From positions 1 through 43,747 of the IMG/VR virus record IMGVR_UViG_3300032125_000008: DNA of 43,747 bases; one strand, given 5' to 3'. Source of the DNA: a virus (Duplodnaviria > Caudoviricetes). Positions 19,364-26,854 of the stretch are shown piece after piece; the stretch's first letter is position 1; the number at the start of each line of letters is the position of its first letter. The notes under the pieces are model-generated. The model did no database searches, was not told the origin of the DNA, and worked only from the letters and a program-made list of their open reading frames with translations. The position numbers and the translations under genes are program-made.

Positions 19364-20020
19364 TTATAGACGTGGCTTGCCTTTAGGAGCATCACCTTCT
19401 GGTTCTGGTTCCTGACGTTCATCACCTGTCCAACCTTCATCACCTGTCCAACCTTCACCGTCTTCTGGCTCAGCTGCGTCAAAGCCTGCGTCAGTAGTGA
19501 ATTCTTCCAGTTTCAGAATTTGGATAGCGTCCAAATACAAAGTAACACCTGCATCTACCAAAGCACCTTTAGGTGTTGAATTGGTATAGATAGCCATGGC
19601 GCCAGAAATGACACCGACTGAACCATTACCAATCTTAGTACCTTCAGGAAGCTGCACTTTGCGAGCTCGAGTGTTGTACACTTGTACTACCTTCGGCTTG
19701 CCATCTGGAAACGATGTTCCAGTTTTAAATGCTAGATACAACTTACCATCTTCTTTATAGATGGCTTTACCGTCTTCGTCCTTTTCACCTGTAGCATTTT
19801 TGTGAACATAAATACCATTGGACTTAGCATCTTTCTTAAATCCTGCTGGCTTGTTATCTTCCCAAAACTTCTCAATTGCTGCAACAATAGGATCGTTAGC
19901 TTCAATAACTACGTTAGCAACATATTGCAGCTTACCAGACAAATTCTCTTTGCCGCTACCGTCGATTGTTACCCACTCAAGATTGCCTTTAGGTGACTTG
20001 AACTTTGCGATACTAGACAT
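19364..20020 (-). CDS. single-stranded DNA-binding protein (T7 gp2.5-like)
   Basis: SPKG.LEW, KIGNGS.G, GVTLYLDAIQILKLEEF, acidic C-terminal tail; located beside polA. Confidence 0.8.
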   Translation of the reverse strand: MSSIAKFKSPKGNLEWVTIDGSGKENLSGKLQYVANVVIEANDPIVAAIEKFWEDNKPAGFKKDAKSNGIYVHKNATGEKDEDGKAIYKEDGKLYLAFKTGTSFPDGKPKVVQVYNTRARKVQLPEGTKIGNGSVGVISGAMAIYTNSTPKGALVDAGVTLYLDAIQILKLEEFTTDAGFDAAEPEDGEGWTGDEGWTGDERQEPEPEGDAPKGKPRL

Positions 20021-20082
20021 AAGTTTGCTCTCTTTTAACATAAGTTTGCTAGACGCTAGGTTTATTCCCAACGTCTAAATAT

Positions 20083-20130
20083 ATTATAATTCAAATTTAG
20101 GCTGTTGTACACATATTTTTGAATTATTTA
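20083..20130 (-). promoter_or_regulatory. promoter TGTACA-17-TATAAT with AT-rich UP element, driving SSB
   Basis: -10 at 20083-20088, -35 at 20106-20111; 5' hairpin at 20050-20077. Confidence 0.75.
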
Positions 20131-20135
20131 TTAAA

Positions 20136-20453
20136 TCACTTTTGCTTTGACTGCGGTGACTTAGTTGTACTAGCTTTAACCTTTGGTGGTACTGTTACCT
20201 TAGCTGTACCTAATTGGTACTCCTTAGGTGTTGCCGACGCTCCTCCAGCAATAGCTGTTTGGGCTAATTCAGGTTTAAGCGTTACTATACGCACAAGACT
20301 GAATGGCTTTTCAACGATATTACCTTCATCGTCAACTATAACTGCAATACCTTCACCTGATCGCTCAAGTAAACCGAAGTGAATAATCTCACCTTCACCT
20401 TGTGGCTTGTCTTGATCTTTCTCTGGTGGGTTACGATACCATTTAGCTCTCAT
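20136..20453 (-). CDS. hypothetical protein
   Basis: AGGA RBS; SH3-like beta N-half and Lys/Thr/Pro-rich tail. Confidence 0.6.
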   Translation of the reverse strand: MRAKWYRNPPEKDQDKPQGEGEIIHFGLLERSGEGIAVIVDDEGNIVEKPFSLVRIVTLKPELAQTAIAGGASATPKEYQLGTAKVTVPPKVKASTTKSPQSKQK

Positions 20454-20463
20454 AGCAGTTTCC

Positions 20464-21003
20464 TTAATTAAATAGTTTGGTTATTGCTGCACTGATATAT
20501 TTAGCTTGCCAAATTGCGTCGTCTAATGCATTATGACTTACTCCTTTGTAGTCCACTTCGATATTACCTGCAAATTGTCTTAGCGTGCGCATGCATCTGT
20601 CTGAATTATGATTCCATGGTATTTTTATGTCATTTAATTGAAATTGACGTTCAAGCATACCAAGATCAAACTTAGTTCCATTAGCCCAAACAGTATCAGG
20701 TTTGTTAGCTTCCACAAAAACCTGTATATCAACTAACGCATCTGGTAACATAATAGAATCAGAATCTTGTTTATAATTAAACAAACCTTTCAAAGCTTCC
20801 GGATTATTTACTGCTTGCTGAGTCCAGAACTTAATAGTTCCAATAGTAGCGTTTATTTGCCAATCATTATCAATATAAATTGGTAAGTATAAGGTATTAC
20901 CAATTTTACCTGTGTTTTTGTTAAACATAGCTAAACCGATAGATAGAATTTGACTATCTACTAATGTTCCAAGCGTTTCAAGATCAATAGATAATTCTTT
21001 CAT
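20464..21003 (-). CDS. DEDDh 3'-5' exonuclease
   Basis: IDLETL, WANG.KFD, DRCMRT, HNALDDA. Confidence 0.9.
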   Translation of the reverse strand: MKELSIDLETLGTLVDSQILSIGLAMFNKNTGKIGNTLYLPIYIDNDWQINATIGTIKFWTQQAVNNPEALKGLFNYKQDSDSIMLPDALVDIQVFVEANKPDTVWANGTKFDLGMLERQFQLNDIKIPWNHNSDRCMRTLRQFAGNIEVDYKGVSHNALDDAIWQAKYISAAITKLFN

Positions 21004-21049
21004 AGCACTTCTCCTCTATACCGTTGGATTACGGCTTGTTAAAATAGTT

Positions 21050-21199
21050 TTAATGTTTCTGTCTTGCGCGTTTTCTACGTGCTTTCTGTGAAAGTTTGTT
21101 TGGCTTTCTACCGTATGTATCTTCTTCGCTTTGCGGCTTAAATTCAGAAGTCGGTAACATACTCGCAAGTAATGACCATACTGATTTCTTTTTAAACAT
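21050..21199 (-). CDS. 49-aa basic peptide missed by the ORF track (MFKKKSVW...SQKARRKRARQKH)
   Basis: GAGGT RBS; fills the gap between the 21212 and 21003 genes; translated by hand. Confidence 0.6.
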   Translation of the reverse strand: MFKKKSVWSLLASMLPTSEFKPQSEEDTYGRKPNKLSQKARRKRARQKH

Positions 21200-21211
21200 A
21201 CTCAATACCTC

Positions 21212-21463
21212 TTAAAATAGTTTAAATTTTGCTTTTGCACCAACTAAGTTATACCCAACTCCATCTTCATAATCAGTGATACCACTGTGATGTTCTATGA
21301 ACAAGTCTATACGTTCAGTTGCACGTACTTCTGCTCCAATGATTCCTATTGGATTTTTCAAAGCAACTTCAGGCGCGTCTGCTCCGGTACTATGCATAGC
21401 CATACCACCGTAGACAGTGCAACCTTGTAAAGCAACTAGCATAACTAACATTAGTTTTTTCAA
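21212..21463 (-). CDS. small lipoprotein with outer-membrane beta-strand character
   Basis: MKK-hydrophobic-LQG-C signal; amphipathic strands; C-terminal Phe. Confidence 0.65.
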   Translation of the reverse strand: MKKLMLVMLVALQGCTVYGGMAMHSTGADAPEVALKNPIGIIGAEVRATERIDLFIEHHSGITDYEDGVGYNLVGAKAKFKLF

Positions 21464-22494
21464 AATATGTCCGCCTTTTTCCAGCCTTTCGATCTGATGA
21501 TTACTTTATCTAAACTTTCGCGCAGATCACGCCTTAGTTTACTTTTATTCACTTCTTTCCAACTTGCTAGCACTTGATCTGGCGCTTCAGGGTCAGCTAC
21601 CTTCTTTGCTTCTTCTATACCACATTTACTGTACACACGCGATGCAGTATAGCCAACACTTACACTACCATGGCCACCGTAATAACTTGTACCTGGCTTA
21701 GCTATCTTAGCTCCATCACCGTACTTATTAAAGAACAACCTAGCTAGCTCTGCTTTTAATTCTTTATTATTTAAGTGATAGCTAAGGTCTTGAACGTCTG
21801 GTGCATCGCGTTCAATCAAGTCGAATATAAGCTCTGTTTTAGTTACATGCAAGCCTGCGTAGTACTGAGCTAACTGCCAGTAAACACCGTCAACCATGTT
21901 ACGATCACGGTTAAGACGTATTTCAGATGGTGCAAAGTTATAACCAAACACTAAATTAGTCTTAGTTACGAATAAACCATTAACAAAGACTTCACCAGGC
22001 CGCTTTTGCCAAATGTCTACTTTCTTTGGTAACTTAGGTGGCTCATCAGAAAAATGAGGTATTTTAGCTACTAGCTCGTCAAGATCAATGTCATTAATCA
22101 AGCAAGAGAATTCTATGTTGTCTTCAGTAAGACGTTCAGTAACTTCCAACTTGAAAGTTGCTATGTCAAATTGATTAGCTGAAAACAATCCTTCAATTAT
22201 ACTGCCATTTGTGGTTATAGTAGGTTGGTACCTTCCACGAGTAAGCACAAGCATGCCAATCTTATAGCCTTCGCCGTACTTACCGATTGCATTACTATCT
22301 TTAACTGACTGACCTAATACTAAAGTGTTAAGTGGTAGGTCTGCATCAAATGTTGTTACTTTAATAGTGAAAGAATTAATTTCACACTTATATTCTTTAC
22401 CGCTATCAATAGCATTCTGTACCATCTCGCGGATAGCATCAATAGCTGACCAATCTGCACAATAATCTTTGCTCATGTTATAATCAATCAACAT
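21460..22494 (-). CDS. GHKL (HATPase_c-like) ATPase domain protein
   Basis: IREMVQNAIDS (N box), IGKYGEGYKIG (G box), LNRDR. Confidence 0.8.
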   Translation of the reverse strand: MLIDYNMSKDYCADWSAIDAIREMVQNAIDSGKEYKCEINSFTIKVTTFDADLPLNTLVLGQSVKDSNAIGKYGEGYKIGMLVLTRGRYQPTITTNGSIIEGLFSANQFDIATFKLEVTERLTEDNIEFSCLINDIDLDELVAKIPHFSDEPPKLPKKVDIWQKRPGEVFVNGLFVTKTNLVFGYNFAPSEIRLNRDRNMVDGVYWQLAQYYAGLHVTKTELIFDLIERDAPDVQDLSYHLNNKELKAELARLFFNKYGDGAKIAKPGTSYYGGHGSVSVGYTASRVYSKCGIEEAKKVADPEAPDQVLASWKEVNKSKLRRDLRESLDKVIIRSKGWKKADIF

Positions 22495-22512
22495 ACAATT
22501 CTCCTTGTTTGT

Positions 22513-22794
22513 TTAGCTAGCTTCATCGGCGTCGATCTTGGCTAGTAGCTTTCTTGACACTTCCCATTCGTCTGTCTGCCCAATTGCACACTCTTGGCAA
22601 TCTTCTGCAAACTCTGTTGCCATAAGCTTACGCAAAGCCCCCACCAGCTCATCGTGAAGGTTTAGCTTGTTAACCATGCTAATCATCCTGCGCTCATCAT
22701 TTCCGCGACAGATAAAATTTTCTTCGTTATCAACAATATGCATCAACCCGCAGCATGAATCCTCATCATTAACAAGATCAAATTTTTCGCTCAT
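22513..22794 (-). CDS. hypothetical protein
   Basis: GGAG RBS; C-terminal LV.ALR.L...SR.LLAKI pattern common in small phage proteins. Confidence 0.6.
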   Translation of the reverse strand: MSEKFDLVNDEDSCCGLMHIVDNEENFICRGNDERRMISMVNKLNLHDELVGALRKLMATEFAEDCQECAIGQTDEWEVSRKLLAKIDADEAS

Positions 22795-22808
22795 TAGTCT
22801 TCTCCAGC

Positions 22809-22988
22809 TTAATCACGCTGACATAGAACTTCACGTTTGTACCCTGAGATTATCAAGCACAATATAATTTTATGCCCGCTGTGCCACCTACTTAGCGTGC
22901 TTTCGTGCACTCCTATGACTTTTGCAAACTCGATTGCTTTCATCCCAACTTCGTTATTGATCCTACCTTCAAGTGTGTGCCTATTCAT
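22809..22988 (-). CDS. small HTH protein
   Basis: EFAKVIGVHESTLSRW; likely start MNRH at 22988. Confidence 0.6.
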   Translation of the reverse strand: MNRHTLEGRINNEVGMKAIEFAKVIGVHESTLSRWHSGHKIILCLIISGYKREVLCQRD

Positions 22989-23020
22989 TGGTCTTCTCCA
23001 TCGGCATTGTAGGTCACCAC

Positions 23021-23473
23021 TCACCTAAATGGACGGCAGTAGCGTGGGTGATCCACTGGCAGATCCTCGGCGCGCATGGTGGCGGAGTCTTCCACCTTAG
23101 ATAGCACGTTGCCTATGCGGCACAGTGAGCCGTAGTTTTCTGCTGTGTTAGCATCAGTCTGGATTATGTCGGAGGCGTCTCGCAAAGCCGTCGCAATCTC
23201 AGCCGCTAGCGCATGACTCAGTTCAAGTTCAGCCTTGCACGCTTTCTCCAACACAATACAATCGACGTTAGCCGCGCGTAGGCGCTTGTTTTCAATCTCA
23301 AGCTCAGCCGCTCGCGCTTTTAGAAGCGTGATTTCAGCAACTTGATTATCTGGCCATTCATCAAAACAATCTTCACAAAAAGGGCCGCTGTAGCCGTGGA
23401 ACAGTGAATCTTCACTAGCCCCTGCACGACCTGTGAGATCTTCACACTCAATGCAATGCTCGTAGTTACTCAT
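23021..23473 (-). CDS. hypothetical protein with N-terminal CxxC...CxxC zinc finger and coiled coil
   Basis: CIEC...CEDC; start MSNY at 23473 overlaps the upstream stop. Confidence 0.6.
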   Translation of the reverse strand: MSNYEHCIECEDLTGRAGASEDSLFHGYSGPFCEDCFDEWPDNQVAEITLLKARAAELEIENKRLRAANVDCIVLEKACKAELELSHALAAEIATALRDASDIIQTDANTAENYGSLCRIGNVLSKVEDSATMRAEDLPVDHPRYCRPFR

Positions 23474-23807
23474 CGCTATCTTCCTGCTCCAGTTCGTTGG
23501 CTGCTTCTCGCAGACGCATGGCCTTGAAAGCCAAAATGCCCCGCGCCTTTCCGGTGTTTTCATAGCGCTTAAACTCATCTGCCATATCCTGAATCGCCTC
23601 GGCCTTTTGCCGCAGTAGCCATGCGCCTTCCATTTTCTTTATGCGCCTTTCATTTTCTTTGCACGCTGCCTCCCATGCGACACAATCAAGGTTGGCCGTG
23701 CGCAGGCGCTTGTTTTCAACCTTGAGCTCCGCGATCTCCACTTTTTGACTGATAATTTCCTCGACCAAATTGCGTCCATAAACTTCTTGCCCAGCTAGTC
23801 CGCTCAT
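23466..23807 (-). CDS. coiled-coil hypothetical protein
   Basis: ATGA coupling; shares a segment with the downstream gene. Confidence 0.6.
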   Translation of the reverse strand: MSGLAGQEVYGRNLVEEIISQKVEIAELKVENKRLRTANLDCVAWEAACKENERRIKKMEGAWLLRQKAEAIQDMADEFKRYENTGKARGILAFKAMRLREAANELEQEDSDE

Positions 23808-24160
23808 AGTTCTGACCTCCCGATCTTCATATGGTTAATGTACTGCGCCATTTGCTTGACTCGGCTCACAGTTAGCTGCTCAGTGCCGTCTAAACCCTCA
23901 ACCTCCGAAATGCAGGCGGCGATCTTATGTATCTCAAGTAGGTTCTTGCTGGCCTCGCAGTTACAGCTATTGCCAGTGGCATCCTGCGTACGAGCCTGCC
24001 ATTGAGCACCGTCACAAAAAGACTCCCAAAGCCCATTTATTGGATGCTCGATCACGCCATTATATTGCTTGTGCTGGTACATCTGGTGCTGGACGTGGAA
24101 CTCTGCATCAGAAGGTATTAAGCTGCACTTTTCAAACGCTTTCCGTTCAATATCGCTCAT
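23804..24160 (-). CDS. hypothetical protein
   Basis: GGAGG RBS before MSDIERKAFE; W..F..GAQWQAR pattern typical of small phage proteins. Confidence 0.6.
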   Translation of the reverse strand: MSDIERKAFEKCSLIPSDAEFHVQHQMYQHKQYNGVIEHPINGLWESFCDGAQWQARTQDATGNSCNCEASKNLLEIHKIAACISEVEGLDGTEQLTVSRVKQMAQYINHMKIGRSEL

Positions 24161-24218
24161 CAGACTGTCCTCCATGTTCCCGTTCCAGTTGTTCCCCGGA
24201 TTTCTCCTGGGCTCCTGT

Positions 24219-24629
24219 TCAGCTGTCGCCGTAGTCAAACGGGAAAAGCTGGTCAGCTACCTGGACAACAATTCGCTCAAAATCTGCGGTTTGATCCACA
24301 CCCAAATCAATCATAGCATCACGGACGAGCGAGTACAGCTCATGCCTATTTTCCGGCTCGTCATCAGGACCAAATCCATGACTTGCGTCATCATCGTCAC
24401 TATGCCAATCACTATAAAGTGGGTCTACTTTGGGGCTAGACTGCGGCATTTCGATGCTGCAGTTGTTTATACTAATATCACTTGGCGATCCAGATGCATG
24501 GCGCAATACCTCAAGTGCTACACGCTTGGTTTTCTCGTCCGCTCTGGCACCAAGAATTGCAATTATAGCTTCTTCTGTGCTTTTAATGGTTTCTGGTGTA
24601 GTGCCTACGTAAATTCCTACATTTTCCAT
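24219..24629 (-). CDS. hypothetical protein
   Basis: GGAG RBS, 136 aa, acidic C-half. Confidence 0.55.
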   Translation of the reverse strand: MENVGIYVGTTPETIKSTEEAIIAILGARADEKTKRVALEVLRHASGSPSDISINNCSIEMPQSSPKVDPLYSDWHSDDDDASHGFGPDDEPENRHELYSLVRDAMIDLGVDQTADFERIVVQVADQLFPFDYGDS

Positions 24630-24645
24630 ACTGTTCTCCGATTAA

Positions 24646-24930
24646 CTAATTGGTTGACTCTACTCTTTCAAAGACATGAAAGACAAAGGCACCGTTATTC
24701 AACATTACAGTGTCAATGAACTTCAAGTCTTCAACCTTACTGATTGAATGGCCAGTGCCATACACCTCAAATACACGTTTAATGTGATAAGCATATGGAT
24801 CTGGATCAACTACAATCCAAATGTATATATCGCCAAATTGCTCATTTGCCGACAACACAATTGATTTAGCTGATAACTCAATCTCTGTTTCTGGCTGAAG
24901 CAAATATTTCCAAACTTGGTTACTCATCAC
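24646..24930 (-). CDS. conserved phage beta-sandwich hypothetical protein
   Basis: WKY.L...VLS..EQ...IW..VDP...R.FEVYGTGH...FIDTV...VFHVFE, a recurrent phage family pattern. Confidence 0.7.
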   Translation of the reverse strand: MMSNQVWKYLLQPETEIELSAKSIVLSANEQFGDIYIWIVVDPDPYAYHIKRVFEVYGTGHSISKVEDLKFIDTVMLNNGAFVFHVFERVESTN

Positions 24931-24938
24931 TCACTCCC

Positions 24939-25142
24939 TCAGATGTAGTTGACTAGGCGCTTAATTGCATCTCTTGCAATCGAGTTTGCTATCTGCATCT
25001 CAATATCGCCATCGTGGCCGCAAACCTCAACTGCGAAGTCAAAGCTTAGAAGCTGATCGGCAAGATCATGAAAAACTTTAGCGTCGCTACATGCAAGCTT
25101 TGCCTGCTCTTTCTTGTCGCTCATAGCCTTCTCCGGTTTCAT
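24939..25142 (-). CDS. hypothetical protein
   Basis: Tight packing with neighbours. Confidence 0.5.
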   Translation of the reverse strand: MKPEKAMSDKKEQAKLACSDAKVFHDLADQLLSFDFAVEVCGHDGDIEMQIANSIARDAIKRLVNYI

Positions 25143-25426
25143 CAGTTTCTACTAAGTGTAGACAAAGCTTTATTGATATCCCAGTTAGCACCTTCCAGAG
25201 CATTCTTACAAGTGTATAATCCCATGCCGGTTCTTTCTTGTAACTCCTTTACAGTTTGAGGACTACGGCGCTTAGCTACAACATTGCGATGGTTAATCTC
25301 TTCGTCTACTTCTTGCCTAAGATGCTTTGAGTAATCTAGCAAAAGCTCAAGATCATTATCTTTAATAGATTGCGCTGTAATTTCTGCCAATTTAGCAAAA
25401 GCAAGTTTAATGTCTAAGTCGTTCAT
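25142..25426 (-). CDS. protein with C-terminal EF-Ts N-terminal (UBA-like) domain
   Basis: VKELQERTGMGLYTCKNALEGANWDINKAL matches the EF-Ts signature VKELRERTGAGMMDCKKAL.EANGDIE.A. Confidence 0.8.
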   Translation of the reverse strand: MNDLDIKLAFAKLAEITAQSIKDNDLELLLDYSKHLRQEVDEEINHRNVVAKRRSPQTVKELQERTGMGLYTCKNALEGANWDINKALSTLSRN

Positions 25427-25470
25427 TACACGCCTCCAATTAATATTGTTTCAAATTTTCAATATAATAC

Positions 25471-25512
25471 ATTATACATCAATTTTAATGATTTGTTAAA
25501 TAACGATTTGGA
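25471..25512 (-). promoter_or_regulatory. promoter TTAACA-17-TATAAT with TCCAAAnnnTTAT motif
   Basis: -10 at 25471-25476 (TG extension), -35 at 25494-25499. Confidence 0.75.
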
Positions 25513-25545
25513 ATGTGCATAGACCAAATCGTTATAACGCCTTAA

Positions 25546-26853
25546 CTAGTTTGTGATTACTTTGTTGCTTGCTCGACTGATAGCTACATACATCAGCTTT
25601 AGATACGTCTCAAAGTTTCTATCCGCGCACTGGCCTAAGTCTTCTGTATCAACTATTACTGTATGATACGTGCTGCCCTGACTTTTGTGCACAGTCTGCG
25701 CATATTGAAAATCAATGCATATAACACAGTCTCTAAAACTGAGGCAGTCTCGCCAAGCTTTTGATCTAGTGCGAGCTAACTTAGTTTGTGAGTTATTTTT
25801 AGACCAGCCTGCTGCCTTAAAACCTATATACTTAGATTCAATAGCTTTATTAGACTGTACAGCTTCTGCTTCTAAATTCTCTTTAGCTATCTTATACTCG
25901 TAGTGACCGAATATAACTGCGTGTTGCCATAGATCGCCGCCATCATCTTCTAAGATAGCAAACTTACATAGTCCTGACTTTACCAGATTTTCAAGCGTGC
26001 GAAATTTACTACCTAGCATTAGCGGATCAGTGTAGTGCAAATCTATATAGTCTGGTGCTCCAACCCACTCTTTAAACTCATAAGATTTTTGCGTAGTTGG
26101 GCTAAACACTCTATCGTACTCATCAGGATAAAGTTTACCTGCTATTTGTGCATTTAGTTCTTCTACTTGTTTATTAGTATAAGCTAACACTATGCGATCT
26201 TGCTTACTATTCTGATACTCTTTAACAATATCTTTGCCACGTTCAAAGTACTCAGGTATAGGGTCTAGTGGCTCTGGTTTTGCACCGTCTATATATGATA
26301 TTAGCGCATTCAATGGTATCTGAAGTGGATTGTCATTTCTCCACTGCTTAGTTAACAACAGCTGGTAGTCTCCTTCAGGCGTTACTGCTGCTATGTCACC
26401 CACAGGTGGTAGTTGATATTCATCTCCGATCCATACGACTTTCAGTTCAGGGATTGCGTCATAATCTGAATCCTGAGCTTCCCTGATGTCCATGTAGTCT
26501 TTTTCCCCAATCATCGAATATTCGTCAAGGAATAAAACTTTCGGCTCACGGTTCGTCTCTGAGGACTTCATATTCTGACTAACATGCTCTTTCTTTGTAG
26601 CATGCACGTTTATCACTGGTCTTTTACCAAGGAATGAGTGCAGTGTAGCTACTGTCGCATTCTCAGGTAACTTGCTTCGTAAGATGCCACAAGCTTTATG
26701 CGTGTAAGCACACACAATATATGGAATATGATTGTCCATGCAATGCTGTACACCTTCAGCTAAGCTGGTTGTTTTACCTGTACCAGCAGCACCACGGATG
26801 TACATGTCCCAAGCTTGACCATCGTCAAGGAATTGTTTAAACATTGTTAGCAT
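25546..26853 (-). CDS. Dda/RecD-like SF1B helicase
   Basis: GAAGTGKTT, AYTHKA, TLHSFL, DEYSM, GDEYQLPPV, YAQTVHKSQGST, YVAISRA. Confidence 0.92.
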   Translation of the reverse strand: MLTMFKQFLDDGQAWDMYIRGAAGTGKTTSLAEGVQHCMDNHIPYIVCAYTHKACGILRSKLPENATVATLHSFLGKRPVINVHATKKEHVSQNMKSSETNREPKVLFLDEYSMIGEKDYMDIREAQDSDYDAIPELKVVWIGDEYQLPPVGDIAAVTPEGDYQLLLTKQWRNDNPLQIPLNALISYIDGAKPEPLDPIPEYFERGKDIVKEYQNSKQDRIVLAYTNKQVEELNAQIAGKLYPDEYDRVFSPTTQKSYEFKEWVGAPDYIDLHYTDPLMLGSKFRTLENLVKSGLCKFAILEDDGGDLWQHAVIFGHYEYKIAKENLEAEAVQSNKAIESKYIGFKAAGWSKNNSQTKLARTRSKAWRDCLSFRDCVICIDFQYAQTVHKSQGSTYHTVIVDTEDLGQCADRNFETYLKLMYVAISRASNKVITN

Positions 26854-26854
26854 T

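Noticed and set aside
24069-24719. 216-aa plus-strand ORF (also 9869-10402, 27342-27755, 29879-30235, 32593-33006 and similar)
   Set aside because: Antisense shadows of better-supported genes with RBSs and motifs on the other strand
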